A stretch of 64,000 nucleotides of DNA, from assembly GCA_965198515.1 (NCBI GenBank), contig CBDAPO010000005.1:240896-304895 (forward strand). Reading direction: 5' to 3'. Position 1 is the stretch's first letter; each line of letters opens with the position of its first letter. Made by a program: the position numbers and the translations under genes. This DNA comes from Granulicella sp. (GTDB lineage Bacteria; Acidobacteriota; Terriglobia; Terriglobales; Acidobacteriaceae). The notes beneath the pieces were generated by a model. It worked only from the letters and a program-made list of their open reading frames with translations, ran no database searches and was not told the DNA's origin. Positions 9,156 to 19,275 of this stretch are shown here, one piece after another.

Positions 9156-10256
9156 TCAAGCCGATCCAAGCGGCTTCAGCAGAGTCACCTTGCCGTCCGA
9201 GGTTTTGCGGAAGGCATGCAGCTCCTGCCCATTTACGTCGATGTGGCGCAGGACCACCGCTCCATCCACAATCTCCAGGTCAGAAAAGCCAAGCACCTTG
9301 GACCCGAATGGGCCACGCTTGGCCGGGTCCGTGGTCCAGTTGACTAGTTCCGCCCCACCGCCGCCGGAGATGACAAAGCTGGTCGGATGGCCGGCAAATT
9401 CAATGTGCTGCAGGTCATGGTCGTGCCCGGTAATCCAGAAGTCCACCTTGGCCTGCCGCACCATGGGCTCCCAACGTTTCAGCAGCAACTTGTTGTCCTT
9501 GTGGACACCGTTGGTGTACAGCGGGTGGTGGCAAACCACCGCCACAAACGGCGTTGTGCGCGGCTTGGCCAACTGCGCCTGGAACCACGACTCCTGCTCT
9601 TCCGTGTGCTCGCGGCTCATGGTGAAGCTCCACGGGAACGGATCGTCCTTCGTACCAGGCAGGTTGGAGTCCAGGCAGATAAAGGTAATCACCGGGTTCT
9701 TTTCCGGCCAGGTAAACGTGTACCAGTGGTCCGGCATCGTCCAACGCGTCTTTACGTGCTTCGGATAGGCCAGTTGCAGGTCGGCCTTGCTGTCGATCCG
9801 GTGCTCGTAGTCATGATTCCCAAGCACAGCATAGAAGGGGCAATGGAAGTGCGAGGTCGGGTACATCTGCTCAAAGTCGGTCTGCCAGCGTGGGCAGTCC
9901 AGCCCGCCCAGCATGTTGCCGTACCAGTTGTCGCCGAGCAGGAACACGGCCTGGGGATGCACCTGTTTGCCGTCAACGTAATGCTTCATCTGCTCGGCAA
10001 CCGCTTTCTGCTGCTGCGGATAGTGATCCGCACCCCAGTCGCCAAGCATCAGCATGTGCGGGTTGGCCGGATTGGGGGCAGGGGAGTCCTCGCCCAACGG
10101 CTCGGCAAAGAGTGCCCCGGGGCTCATCGCCGCCAGGGCGGAAAAGGCAACCGTCTGGCGCAGAAATCGACGGCGATTCAGGGTGTCAGGCTGAAACTTG
10201 GGCAACAAGAGTTCTCCGGGAGCAGTGCGGGCGCCGCTCAGCAGGTTGGACGTCAA
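9156..10256 (-). CDS. Tat-exported purple acid phosphatase-like metallophosphoesterase
   Basis: Twin-arginine NRRRFL; all five PAP motifs GDWG, GDNWY, GNHD, VCHH, GHDH. Confidence 0.9.
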   Translation of the reverse strand: MTSNLLSGARTAPGELLLPKFQPDTLNRRRFLRQTVAFSALAAMSPGALFAEPLGEDSPAPNPANPHMLMLGDWGADHYPQQQKAVAEQMKHYVDGKQVHPQAVFLLGDNWYGNMLGGLDCPRWQTDFEQMYPTSHFHCPFYAVLGNHDYEHRIDSKADLQLAYPKHVKTRWTMPDHWYTFTWPEKNPVITFICLDSNLPGTKDDPFPWSFTMSREHTEEQESWFQAQLAKPRTTPFVAVVCHHPLYTNGVHKDNKLLLKRWEPMVRQAKVDFWITGHDHDLQHIEFAGHPTSFVISGGGGAELVNWTTDPAKRGPFGSKVLGFSDLEIVDGAVVLRHIDVNGQELHAFRKTSDGKVTLLKPLGSA

Positions 10257-10352
10257 AACCGGTCCCGATGACGCGCGATGTGCGATGTGGCTAAGCGAGG
10301 CGCCGGTGTTTGCGCATCGTATCGAACATCGCAGGCACGTAGCGGAGAGCCG

Positions 10353-10895
10353 ATGAAAGCAGTTTTCACTGCCCTTGTTCTAAGTGCATTGCCTTGTGGG
10401 GCAGCCGCCGCGCAGGCGCTACCCACAGCCTCACGTGAGCCCATCGAGGTGGGTGCCGCATTCTCGTTCGGGTCGCCGGGCTACCAGCAGACTGTCACCT
10501 ACGTGCAGGGTGTCACCGTCTACGCCAATGCCGGCCTACGTGGGCGGTTGGCTGCGCAGATCGATGTTCATCTGGATAGCCTGATCACGCCAATCGACAT
10601 TGGCGAGGACACCTATCAGATCGGGCCGCGGTTCAATCTGCTGCACGAGGATCGCGTCAACGTGTACGCAAAGGCGCTTGGCGGGCTGGGACGATTCTCG
10701 TACCAGGCGGGAACGTACCCGTTCCCGCGCACCGACACCTACGGCGTGTTCTCGTTTGGGGCAGGCATTGAGTACCGCCTGTCGCGATCGATCGACATCC
10801 GGGCCATCGATCTTGAGTTTCAAAGCTGGCCCGGTTTTCCGGGCGGCTCCCTGCATCCCGTGGTGGCGTCCATGGGGCTGGCGTGGAGGTTGTAG
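10353..10895 (+). CDS. Small outer-membrane beta-barrel protein
   Basis: GGAGA RBS before ATG 10353; signal peptide; alternating strands; C-terminal GLAWRL. Confidence 0.8.
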   Translation: MKAVFTALVLSALPCGAAAAQALPTASREPIEVGAAFSFGSPGYQQTVTYVQGVTVYANAGLRGRLAAQIDVHLDSLITPIDIGEDTYQIGPRFNLLHEDRVNVYAKALGGLGRFSYQAGTYPFPRTDTYGVFSFGAGIEYRLSRSIDIRAIDLEFQSWPGFPGGSLHPVVASMGLAWRL

Positions 10896-10923
10896 CCTCT
10901 CCACGCCAGCGCCTCCGAGCAGG

Positions 10924-12159
10924 TTACCGGGCGGGCACGGAACCGACCGGGGTCGCCGCATCCGTACGCGGCGGCCGCACGATAAACGGCAGAACGGCGG
11001 AGACGAGCAGGACCACCGCCAAAATGTGGAGCCCTGTGGCGTAGTGCCCGGTCGACTGCCGTGTGTGCGCGATCAGCGATGGACCAAAAGCGCTCGCAAA
11101 GCCCCAGGCGGTCAGCATCAGGCCGTAGATCGGACCAACATACTTGGGGCCGAAATAGTCAGCAGCGAAGGCGGGCATGGTGCCGAAACCGCCGCCGTAG
11201 CAAAGCAGGATGATGAACGCCACCACGGTCAGCGTTGCCTGCGTATTGACGTTGGGCAGCATGTAGAACAGCACAGCCTGCAGCAGGAACATGATCAGAA
11301 ACACGAACCGCCGCGGCATCAGATCCGATACCCAGGCCCAGAAGATGCGGCCGGCGCCGTTGCCGAAGCTGGCAATACCGACCATGCCTGCGGCCGCCAG
11401 GGCGGTTACGCCGGCAAGCTCCTGAAACATGGGCGCTTCCTGCGAGATGATCGAGATACCGGCCGAGGTATTGAGGAAGAGCAGCAGCCAGAGCGCCCAC
11501 CACTGCCAGCTCCGCAGGGCTTCGGCCAGGGTGAAGTCGCGGGCCGCTTCCGTCTTCTTGAGCGCGGCGGAGGGCGTCCAGCCTTCAGGCTTGTAGCCTT
11601 CGGGCGGGTTCTGCATGAAGTAGCCGCAAATCACGCCGACGATGAGGAAGGCGATGCCCAGGTAGAGGAAAGTGGTCAGCACACCAACGCTGGCAATCAG
11701 GTGTGTGGCGATGGGTGCGGTGATCAGGGCGCCGGCACCGAATCCGCCCACCGCAATTCCGGTCATCAGACCGCGTTTGTCCGGAAACCATTTGACCAGC
11801 ACGGAGATCGGCACGATGTAGGCGAAACCCAGCCCGATGCCGCCGATAACGCCGTAGGTCAGATAGAGCCACCACAGCCCAAGCTGCGATTGGCTGGCCA
11901 GCGCGACGCCGATCCCGTATAGCAGCGCACCAGTCATGGCGACGACTCGCGGCCCGCTGCGGCCCGCCCACAATCCACCGAAGAACGCGGCGAATCCGAG
12001 CACAAAGATCGCGATGGTGAAGGTTAGAGTGACTTGTTCGATCGACCAGCCGAAGTGCGTGGTCAGCGGTTTACGGAAGACGCTCCAGGCATAGACCGCA
12101 CCCAGTGCAATCTGTAAAAACACGGCAGCAGCAGCAATTCCCCATCGCTTGCTTTGCAT
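10924..12159 (-). CDS. MFS transporter, oxalate/formate antiporter (OFA) family
   Basis: LGAVYAWSVF, KWFPDKRGLMTGIAVGGFG, YGGGFGTMPA; about 12 TM segments; ATG 12159 follows GAGAGG. Confidence 0.9.
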   Translation of the reverse strand: MQSKRWGIAAAAVFLQIALGAVYAWSVFRKPLTTHFGWSIEQVTLTFTIAIFVLGFAAFFGGLWAGRSGPRVVAMTGALLYGIGVALASQSQLGLWWLYLTYGVIGGIGLGFAYIVPISVLVKWFPDKRGLMTGIAVGGFGAGALITAPIATHLIASVGVLTTFLYLGIAFLIVGVICGYFMQNPPEGYKPEGWTPSAALKKTEAARDFTLAEALRSWQWWALWLLLFLNTSAGISIISQEAPMFQELAGVTALAAAGMVGIASFGNGAGRIFWAWVSDLMPRRFVFLIMFLLQAVLFYMLPNVNTQATLTVVAFIILLCYGGGFGTMPAFAADYFGPKYVGPIYGLMLTAWGFASAFGPSLIAHTRQSTGHYATGLHILAVVLLVSAVLPFIVRPPRTDAATPVGSVPAR

Positions 12160-12340
12160 TTCTTTGATCCTCTCGACGCGCACTGTATAGGCACGACGGT
12201 GCGTTCGTCACGGCTTTGTTGTGATGCGCTGGAGAGCAGTGACGATGGGTGGTGCGCAGAGACTTGATGCCGTCGCAGTGTGCCGGCTTGTTTCAGGTCA
12301 CTCCGGTAAGAGCAGCTTTACCCGCGAGTGCAGCGCAACG

Positions 12341-12727
12341 TTACCAAAGGCGGCGAATGCCGAAGACATCCAGCTTGGGATCGGCGCTGATGATGGGGAT
12401 GTCTTCCGCGAGGGCGTGGGCCGCGATGATGCGGTCAAAGGGATCCCGGTGCTCGCCAACGAGGCGGCCCGCTCGCAGAGCGATCTCTGGTGTAATTTCC
12501 TCCAGCACATAACCCGCCGTGGTCATGTGCTCGAGGAAGTCGCGCTCGAACTCCTCTGCCCAGGGTAGCTTCCCGATCCGAACCTTGGTAGCAATCTCCC
12601 AGGCACTTGCTGCCGAAACAACGATCTCGTGGTCCTCGGCAGTAATGGCCGATGCCGCAGCTCTGCTCAACTGCGTGGGGCTCAGTACTGCCCAAAGGAC
12701 GGTATGGGTATCGAGTAGCACCTTCAA
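12341..12727 (-). CDS. vapC: PIN-domain toxin of a type II TA system
   Basis: LLDTHT, SAASAWEI, HRDPFDRIIAA, ISAD; TTG start overlaps antitoxin TGA. Confidence 0.92.
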   Translation of the reverse strand: MKVLLDTHTVLWAVLSPTQLSRAAASAITAEDHEIVVSAASAWEIATKVRIGKLPWAEEFERDFLEHMTTAGYVLEEITPEIALRAGRLVGEHRDPFDRIIAAHALAEDIPIISADPKLDVFGIRRLW

Positions 12728-12996
12728 TGGCTGTCCCTCGGCCGAAGCTCAAGTAGGGGATCGTCGCTATACCCACACTCCTCATCGGAAAGGGGCTCCC
12801 AAAAAGACTCTGGCAGAACGAAGTCGGGACTCAGCATCGCGCCCAGGCGCTTTGGCTTCTTCTTCTCAATCGGCTCCAGCTTCGCTACGGGCGTCCGCTC
12901 GCGGCCCGACGTAATCACTACCGTTTCGCCCGCCTGAACCTTCTTGATCAGCTCGGAAAGGTTTGTTTTTGCTTCGAAGATGGTCGCGCTTACCAC
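12724..12996 (-). CDS. Phd/YefM family antitoxin
   Basis: TIFEAKTNLSELIKKVQAGETVVIT..PVAKL; acidic C-tail; AGGAGG RBS upstream. Confidence 0.9.
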   Translation of the reverse strand: MVSATIFEAKTNLSELIKKVQAGETVVITSGRERTPVAKLEPIEKKKPKRLGAMLSPDFVLPESFWEPLSDEECGYSDDPLLELRPRDSH

Positions 12997-13008
12997 GGGT
13001 TCAACCTC

Positions 13009-13028
13009 CTGCTAACCTAGCTTAGCAG
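13009..13028. promoter_or_regulatory. Palindromic operator candidate for TA autorepression
   Basis: CTGCTAA-C-CTAG-C-TTAGCAG, immediately upstream of the antitoxin RBS. Confidence 0.65.
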
Positions 13029-13112
13029 CTTTCAAGCTCATCACTACACCGGCCCCGAAGCAGTTTGCTCACCACCGTGCCAGGCGTTCGTCCATATCGA
13101 TGTAGCACCTAC

Positions 13113-13128
13113 CTGACTCCGGAGTCAG
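13113..13128. promoter_or_regulatory. Perfect 16-bp palindrome containing the GGAG RBS of the sigma gene
   Basis: CTGACTCCGGAGTCAG, ending 8 nt before ATG 13137. Confidence 0.5.
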
Positions 13129-13136
13129 TACCAAGC

Positions 13137-13934
13137 ATGAGCATCTCCCCCGCCATTGTCCTCCCCGGCGAGACCACCCGTCGGCGCGTCAGCCCCTTTG
13201 CGCTTGGCCTGCAGGAGACCCTGGGGGCAGCCTCAGCCACCCCCGCGGCAGTAGAATCGGCGGCAGAACGCATGCCGAAGGTTGAAGCCAGATCCGCCGG
13301 GCAATCCGGAACTCGTCTCCGCCTCACTCCACAGGAGATGGAGGCGCGGGCCCAGCAGCGCGCCGAAGATGACGAACTGATTCGTGCCGCGCAGAAAGGA
13401 GACCGCTCGGCCTTTGACTCGCTTGTCCGCCGCTATGACCGCAGCGTGCTTCGCCTTGCACTCCACATGCTCGGCAACGAGGAAGACGCGCAGGATGTGC
13501 ATCAGGAGGCCTTCATCAAGGCCTACCGGCACCTGTCGAACTTTCGCTTCGAGTGCTCGTTCTACACGTGGCTGTACCGGATCGTCACCAACCTGTGCCT
13601 CGACCAGCTTCGCCGCCGCAAGAGCCGCCGCGAAGACCCCGGCACCGTGCTCGATTCCTCCGGCGAAGAGATGGACCTCATGGCCAATGTGCAGGACGAC
13701 CGCGCCACGGCCGATCCGGACCGCGAGCTTGTCCGCAAACACCAGCACGCGGCCATCCAGAGCGCGCTCGATGAGCTGACGCCAAGGGAACGAACGGTTT
13801 TTGAACTGAAGCACTACCAGGGGCTCAAGCTGCGCACCATCGGCGAGATGCTCTCAACAACAGAAGAAACAGCCAAAAACACTCTCTTTCGCGCCACCCG
13901 CAAGCTTCGTGCCCGGTTGGCCGAAGTGCGGTAA
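13137..13934 (+). CDS. ECF RNA polymerase sigma factor
   Basis: Region 2 DAQDVHQEAFIKAY..FYTWLYRIVTNLCLDQLRR; region 4 LTPRERTVFELKHYQGLKLRTIG. Confidence 0.93.
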   Translation: MSISPAIVLPGETTRRRVSPFALGLQETLGAASATPAAVESAAERMPKVEARSAGQSGTRLRLTPQEMEARAQQRAEDDELIRAAQKGDRSAFDSLVRRYDRSVLRLALHMLGNEEDAQDVHQEAFIKAYRHLSNFRFECSFYTWLYRIVTNLCLDQLRRRKSRREDPGTVLDSSGEEMDLMANVQDDRATADPDRELVRKHQHAAIQSALDELTPRERTVFELKHYQGLKLRTIGEMLSTTEETAKNTLFRATRKLRARLAEVR

Positions 13935-14049
13935 TCAAACACCGGCAAGCGTAGCAAGTACGACGAACAACCCAGCACCACCAAGCGGGCAATCACAGAA
14001 CGACCCGCACCTGCAGCACCTTTTTGAGAGGCCACACGAGGAACGCACC

Positions 14050-15024
14050 ATGCGATGCCAAGACGCGCAGGAAAGCATTGTTTTAGCCCAATACGGAGAG
14101 CTCTCCGACGAGCTTCTGCTTCCACTCGAACAGCACCTGAACACCTGTGAAGACTGCCGCCGGGAGTGGAACGCGTACCTTGCGCTGAGCGAAACGCTCG
14201 CGCTGGACCCGGTCGTTGACCCTTCCCCCAACCTGCTCGCGGCTTCCCGCATGCGCCTGGACGAGGCTCTGGATGCGCTGCCCCCGCGCTCACTGTCCCA
14301 GCAGATGTTCGCGAACGCTTTCCGCTGGGTAGGCTTCGTCTCGGGCTCACCGGCGCTGGCCACCCTGCTGCTGGGCGTTGGGTTTCTTGGCGGCAACGCG
14401 CTGACCCGCTACCAGGTGCGGCACACGCCGCCCAAGCAGGGCCCCGTGGTCATCTCCCACCCGATGCAGGGCGATATCGCCAGTGTTTCCGGCATCCGCC
14501 AGACCCCGAACTCCGACCGTGTCGAAGTGGAGTACAACCGGCTGGTCCCGGAAAGCATGCAGGGCTCGATGAGCGACCCGGAGATCCGCAACCTGTTGCT
14601 CATGGGCACAAAGCTTGCCGCCAACAGCAAGGCGCATGAGGCAGCGGTGTCCCTGGTGGCCGACGAATGCCGCACGGGTCACGCCTGCGGGTCTACGGAC
14701 GGCTCGGAAAGCGGCTCTGGCGATCTTCGCCTCGCCCTGGTCAACAGTCTTCGCTATGACAAGAGCGCCGCGGTGCGTTTGCATGCGCTCAACGGTTTGG
14801 AGCCGTATGTCGCGGAGGATGTGCATGTGCGCGACGCGGTGCTGGAAGCGCTGATGCACGACAAGAGCGAGGCTGTGCGCACACAGGCGATCTCCATGTT
14901 GTCGCCCGTCGGTGCGGACTCCAGCGTTCGCCAGGCCCTTCGCACGGTGTCTACGGAAGACGCCAACCCTGCAGTACGCAATGCGTCGTTCCAGGTGCTG
15001 CAAAGCGCTTCGGACGTTGAGTAG
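14050..15024 (+). CDS. ZAS anti-sigma factor with TM helix and periplasmic HEAT repeats
   Basis: HLNTCEDC (HxxxCxxC), [19 protein letters not shown] units [33 protein letters not shown]. Confidence 0.88.
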   Translation: MRCQDAQESIVLAQYGELSDELLLPLEQHLNTCEDCRREWNAYLALSETLALDPVVDPSPNLLAASRMRLDEALDALPPRSLSQQMFANAFRWVGFVSGSPALATLLLGVGFLGGNALTRYQVRHTPPKQGPVVISHPMQGDIASVSGIRQTPNSDRVEVEYNRLVPESMQGSMSDPEIRNLLLMGTKLAANSKAHEAAVSLVADECRTGHACGSTDGSESGSGDLRLALVNSLRYDKSAAVRLHALNGLEPYVAEDVHVRDAVLEALMHDKSEAVRTQAISMLSPVGADSSVRQALRTVSTEDANPAVRNASFQVLQSASDVE

Positions 15025-15031
15025 GCCGGCC

Positions 15032-16036
15032 ATGCTGCGGTCACCTTCTGCTGTGAGCACGCTCTCGCTGCCTGTTTTTGTCCATCAACGCGGACCGAAG
15101 GTCCTTGGGAGCATGTTGCTCGCCGGCTCTCTGCTCTGTGCTGTGCAGCCGTCGTGGGCGCTGCACCATGTCCCGTCCGGGCACGGGCACACCGGCCTGC
15201 GCGGAACTGCGAACGGCCATGCGCAGGGCTATCTCGGCATCGAGTTCCACGACATACCTGAGGACCAGGTGCAGGCCCTGCACCTCAGCAACAGCCGCGG
15301 TGTCGAGGTTTCCATGGTGGACCACGACGGCCCTGCCGGCCAGGCGGGCTTGCGACCGCACGACATCATCGTCAGTCTGAACGGCCAGGCCATCGCCGGT
15401 GCCGAAACCCTGCGGCGCATGATCCACGACGCCGGCGCCGGCATGCAGATTGCACTCACGGTCATTCGCGGCGGCCATCCCGTGACGCTCACCGCGAAAC
15501 TGGCCAACCGTGACGCGGTGGACCGCGCGGCCATGGCGCACCTGGCGGCCAACGACACTCCGCCTCCATCGGCTGCTTCCGGCACCATGGTGTTTGGTCT
15601 CGTGGAGGCCTCCCCGGCCGCCGAACCCGCGCCAGACCCCGCCGAAGCTCCTGCACCGACCGCCCCGGCGACCCCGCCGCCCGGCTCCGGCTTTATCGGT
15701 CACATCGTGCACGGCAGCATCTACACCGGGGCTGTGCTCGACACCATGGAACCACAACTGGCGGGCTTCTTCGGTGCGCCGCAGGGAACAGGCCTCCTGG
15801 TGCACTCTGTTTCCCCGGGCAGTCCCGCGGCCAACGCCGGTCTACGTGCCGGCGACGTAGTGGTCCGCGCCGACCTGTACACCATGCGCAACACCGCAGA
15901 CTGGACCAAGCGTCTCCACGCCGCCAAAGGCAAACCGATCACGCTTTCCGTGCTGCGCGACAGGCGGGAACTGACCCTGACGCTGCAACAGGACTTCAAG
16001 CACCACTCCATGGTGGAGTGGCCGACGCTGTTCTAG
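15032..16036 (+). CDS. Exported protein with two PDZ domains and no protease domain
   Basis: [21 protein letters not shown] and [14 protein letters not shown] separated by a Pro/Ala linker; no trypsin motifs. Confidence 0.85.
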   Translation: MLRSPSAVSTLSLPVFVHQRGPKVLGSMLLAGSLLCAVQPSWALHHVPSGHGHTGLRGTANGHAQGYLGIEFHDIPEDQVQALHLSNSRGVEVSMVDHDGPAGQAGLRPHDIIVSLNGQAIAGAETLRRMIHDAGAGMQIALTVIRGGHPVTLTAKLANRDAVDRAAMAHLAANDTPPPSAASGTMVFGLVEASPAAEPAPDPAEAPAPTAPATPPPGSGFIGHIVHGSIYTGAVLDTMEPQLAGFFGAPQGTGLLVHSVSPGSPAANAGLRAGDVVVRADLYTMRNTADWTKRLHAAKGKPITLSVLRDRRELTLTLQQDFKHHSMVEWPTLF

Positions 16037-16056
16037 CCTCCGTCAGCCAGAAGCGC

Positions 16057-16485
16057 TTACTTCGCTACCGGCTTGCCCTCCTGCACATAGTTTTTGTTCC
16101 AGTTGGGGATCTCCACCACATACGTTCCGGGTTTCTCGATCACCGCCTGGCAGCCGAGCCTCGAGTTCAGTTGCAGCCCTGGGGCAAGGTCCATGCGGTC
16201 GAGTTCTTTCTCTTCGGCCTCGGTGAGGTTCTTGGAGCCTTCGAGCACGAAGAGGTGGCAGGTAGTGCAGGCGCACACACCGCCGCAGGCGTGGTCCAGG
16301 AAGATGCCGTAATTTTCGGCAACATCCAGAAAGCTCATGGGCTCTCCGTGGCCGTCGTAGGGCAGGGAACCGAAGGGGAACTCGACCGTTTTGTTTTCCG
16401 GTTTAAAGGTCACGCGCACCATGTTGGGCGCGGGCGGCAGGGACAGATCGATCTCGGGCAGCGGTTTGGCTTCGTGTTCAGACAT
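16057..16485 (-). CDS. fdx: ISC-type 2Fe-2S ferredoxin
   Basis: HACGGVCACTTCH..SRLGCQ. Confidence 0.92.
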   Translation of the reverse strand: MSEHEAKPLPEIDLSLPPAPNMVRVTFKPENKTVEFPFGSLPYDGHGEPMSFLDVAENYGIFLDHACGGVCACTTCHLFVLEGSKNLTEAEEKELDRMDLAPGLQLNSRLGCQAVIEKPGTYVVEIPNWNKNYVQEGKPVAK

Positions 16486-16678
16486 GACCCCTCCAGTGTA
16501 GAACCCTTCGCGCCCCCTTTCAGCGGGCCTTCATGATTGATCCCATGGTTGTGTCCCGTACGGCATTTCCGTCCGTCCGGAAGCAACTGTGATCTTCAAG
16601 GTGCAACGGCACCAGCCGCTCCCTGGGGCGCGTCTTACAGACAGCCCTACCATCCGGTTCTCAGGAAGAAGATCCCGC

Positions 16679-19231
16679 GTGCGTTCCTTCAGAGTTTTGG
16701 GTCTGTTCTGTGTTGTTGCGCTTGTTCTTACGCTTGCAGGTTGTAACGGCGGCGCTATCCCTGGGAGCTTCACCCTGGCAGTCTCCCCCGCAAGCGTCAG
16801 CGTGCAGGCCGGCAGCACAGTCCAGTTCAGTGTGAGCGCGGCAGCGACCGGAAACTTCAACAGCACCGTCACGGTCGGCATCGCGGGACTGCCCACCGGT
16901 GTGACCGCCAGCCCCGCCACTCTGACGCTAACGCCCGGCACCCCACAAACCGTGACGCTGACCGCAGCTTCCGCGGCCGCAGCCGGCAACAGCACTGTGA
17001 CGCTCACCGGCACGGGAGGCTCACTCGGTCAGACGGCTACGGTTGCGCTCACCGTCACGCCCCAGCCCACCTTTACGCTCGCGATCACTCCGGCCACCTT
17101 GGCAGTACAGGCGGGCGCCAGCGGACAATTCAGCGTCACGGCGTCGCCCTCCAACGGCTTCACTGCGCGCGTCACCGTAGCCGTCACGGGTTTGCCAGCG
17201 GGCGTGACAGCTTCCCCGGCGTCGCTGACGCTCACCCCGGGCACCCCGGCCACGGTGAGCCTCGCCGCGACCGCCACGGCCGCAGCCGGTGCCACCACGG
17301 TTACGCTCACCGGCACCTCCGGGTCGCTGACGCAGACTGCGACGTTGGCGCTGACCGTATCCGCCTCCCCGACCTATACCGTCAACCTCACGGAGCCATC
17401 GACGACTCTGACCGCCGGGGGCGCGGGTCTGCCGGTCACCTTCCAGGTGGTCCCGAGCGGCGGCTTCAGCGGCACCGTCGCCGTTACCCTATCTGGACTG
17501 CCGGCTGGCGTCACCGCCGCACCTGGCACCACGTTCAACATCAGTCCTGGCACAAACGCCACGGTCACCCTGACCGCCGCGGCTACAGCCACACCCGGCG
17601 CCATCTCCATCCAGGTCGCCTGGGCCACCACGGCCAACGTCACACCCACTGCTTCCAGCACAGTGCTGAAGCTGACGATCGCCCCGCCCACCGGCGCGGA
17701 CGTCACGACCTACCACTACGACAACACGCGGCAGGGCTGGAACTCCAAGGAGGTTTTGCTGACCACGGCCAACGTTAACAGCACCACCTTTGGCCTGCTC
17801 GGCAACTACCCCGTCGACGGCAAGGTGGATGCGCAGCCGTTGTATCTCGGCGGGCTGACCTTCGGCACAGGCACCGCGGCCCACACCGACAACGTCGTGT
17901 TTGTTGCGACCGAGAACGACAGCGTCTACGCCCTGAACGCCGCGACCGGCGCACAGGAGTGGAAGACCTCCGTGCTGGGCAGCGGCGAAACCCCAAGCGA
18001 CAGCCGCAACTGCGGGCAAATCGTGCCGCAGATCGGTATCACGTCAACGCCAGTGATCGACCGCAGCTACGGCACGAACGGGGCGATCTTCGTTATCGGC
18101 ATGAGCAAGGATGCCACCGGCGCCTACCATCAACGCCTCCACGCGCTGGACCTGTTGAGCGGCGCTGAACTGCCTAACAGCCCTACCGAGATCACCGCTT
18201 CCTTCCCTGGCACGGGCGACGCCACGGCCAATGGCGTTGTTCCCTTCAGCCCCGGGCAGTATGTCGCACGCGCGGGTCTGCTGCTGATGAACAGCACGGT
18301 CTACGTTGGCTGGAGCAGCCACTGCGACATTCGCCCGTATACGGGATGGGTGATGGGCTACAGCGAAGGCACCCTGAAGCAAAGCTCCGTCATCAATCTC
18401 ACGCCAAACGGCAGCGACGGCTCCGTCTGGATGAGTGGCTACGGCCTGGCCGCAGACACCTCCAGCAACATCTTCTTTGCGGACGCCAATGGGACGCTGG
18501 ACGCGGGCTTCAACGGCAACGGCTTCCCCAGCCAGGGCGACTTCGGCAACGCCATTGTGAAGCTTTCCACCTCCGGCAACAGCCTGGCCGTTGCGGACTT
18601 CTGGGAGCCCTACAACACGGTTGCGGAGTCCGACGCCGATGTCGACCTGGGCTCAGGCGGGGCCATGCTGCTCCCGGACCTCACCGACAGCAAAGGCGCC
18701 GTGCGCCACCTGGTGGTCGCCGCCGGCAAGGACACGAATATCTACGTTGCCGACCGCGACAACATGGGCAAGTTCTCCGCTGCAGGCAGCAACACCACGC
18801 TGTACCAGGAGCTCCCAGGTGCGTTGCCGCAAGGGGCATGGGCAGGTCCGGCCTACTTCAACAACACCGTTTTCTACGGTGGCGTGAACGACAATTTGCG
18901 GGCATTTTCGATCACGAACGCCCTTCTCAGCAACGCTCCGACCAGTGTTTCCAGCGCAACCTTCGGCTATCCAGGAGCAACGCCGTCGGTCAGCTCCAAC
19001 GGATCGGGGAACGGCATCGTGTGGGCGCTTGAGAGCACCGAGAACGCACCCGCCGTTCTTCACGCCTTCGACGCAAGCAACCTGCAGCACGAGCTCTACA
19101 ACAGCAAGCAGGCGGCGAACAGCCGCGATGCTTTCGGCAATGGCAACAAGTTCCTGACGCCGGTGGTCAGCAACGGCATGGTGTTTGTCGGCACACCGTC
19201 GGGCGTTGCTGTCTTTGGGCTGCTCCACTGA
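16679..19231 (+). CDS. Large lipoprotein: three Ig-like repeats plus PQQ-like beta-propeller
   Basis: Lipobox LAGC; three ~101-aa Thr-rich repeats starting at 16766, 17069, 17372; DVTTYHYDNTRQG..VDGKVDAQPLY domain. Confidence 0.85.
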   Translation: MRSFRVLGLFCVVALVLTLAGCNGGAIPGSFTLAVSPASVSVQAGSTVQFSVSAAATGNFNSTVTVGIAGLPTGVTASPATLTLTPGTPQTVTLTAASAAAAGNSTVTLTGTGGSLGQTATVALTVTPQPTFTLAITPATLAVQAGASGQFSVTASPSNGFTARVTVAVTGLPAGVTASPASLTLTPGTPATVSLAATATAAAGATTVTLTGTSGSLTQTATLALTVSASPTYTVNLTEPSTTLTAGGAGLPVTFQVVPSGGFSGTVAVTLSGLPAGVTAAPGTTFNISPGTNATVTLTAAATATPGAISIQVAWATTANVTPTASSTVLKLTIAPPTGADVTTYHYDNTRQGWNSKEVLLTTANVNSTTFGLLGNYPVDGKVDAQPLYLGGLTFGTGTAAHTDNVVFVATENDSVYALNAATGAQEWKTSVLGSGETPSDSRNCGQIVPQIGITSTPVIDRSYGTNGAIFVIGMSKDATGAYHQRLHALDLLSGAELPNSPTEITASFPGTGDATANGVVPFSPGQYVARAGLLLMNSTVYVGWSSHCDIRPYTGWVMGYSEGTLKQSSVINLTPNGSDGSVWMSGYGLAADTSSNIFFADANGTLDAGFNGNGFPSQGDFGNAIVKLSTSGNSLAVADFWEPYNTVAESDADVDLGSGGAMLLPDLTDSKGAVRHLVVAAGKDTNIYVADRDNMGKFSAAGSNTTLYQELPGALPQGAWAGPAYFNNTVFYGGVNDNLRAFSITNALLSNAPTSVSSATFGYPGATPSVSSNGSGNGIVWALESTENAPAVLHAFDASNLQHELYNSKQAANSRDAFGNGNKFLTPVVSNGMVFVGTPSGVAVFGLLH

Positions 19232-19275
19232 CGATGCGAAACAAGATGTGAGTGAGGCGCGGCGACCAAGCCGCG

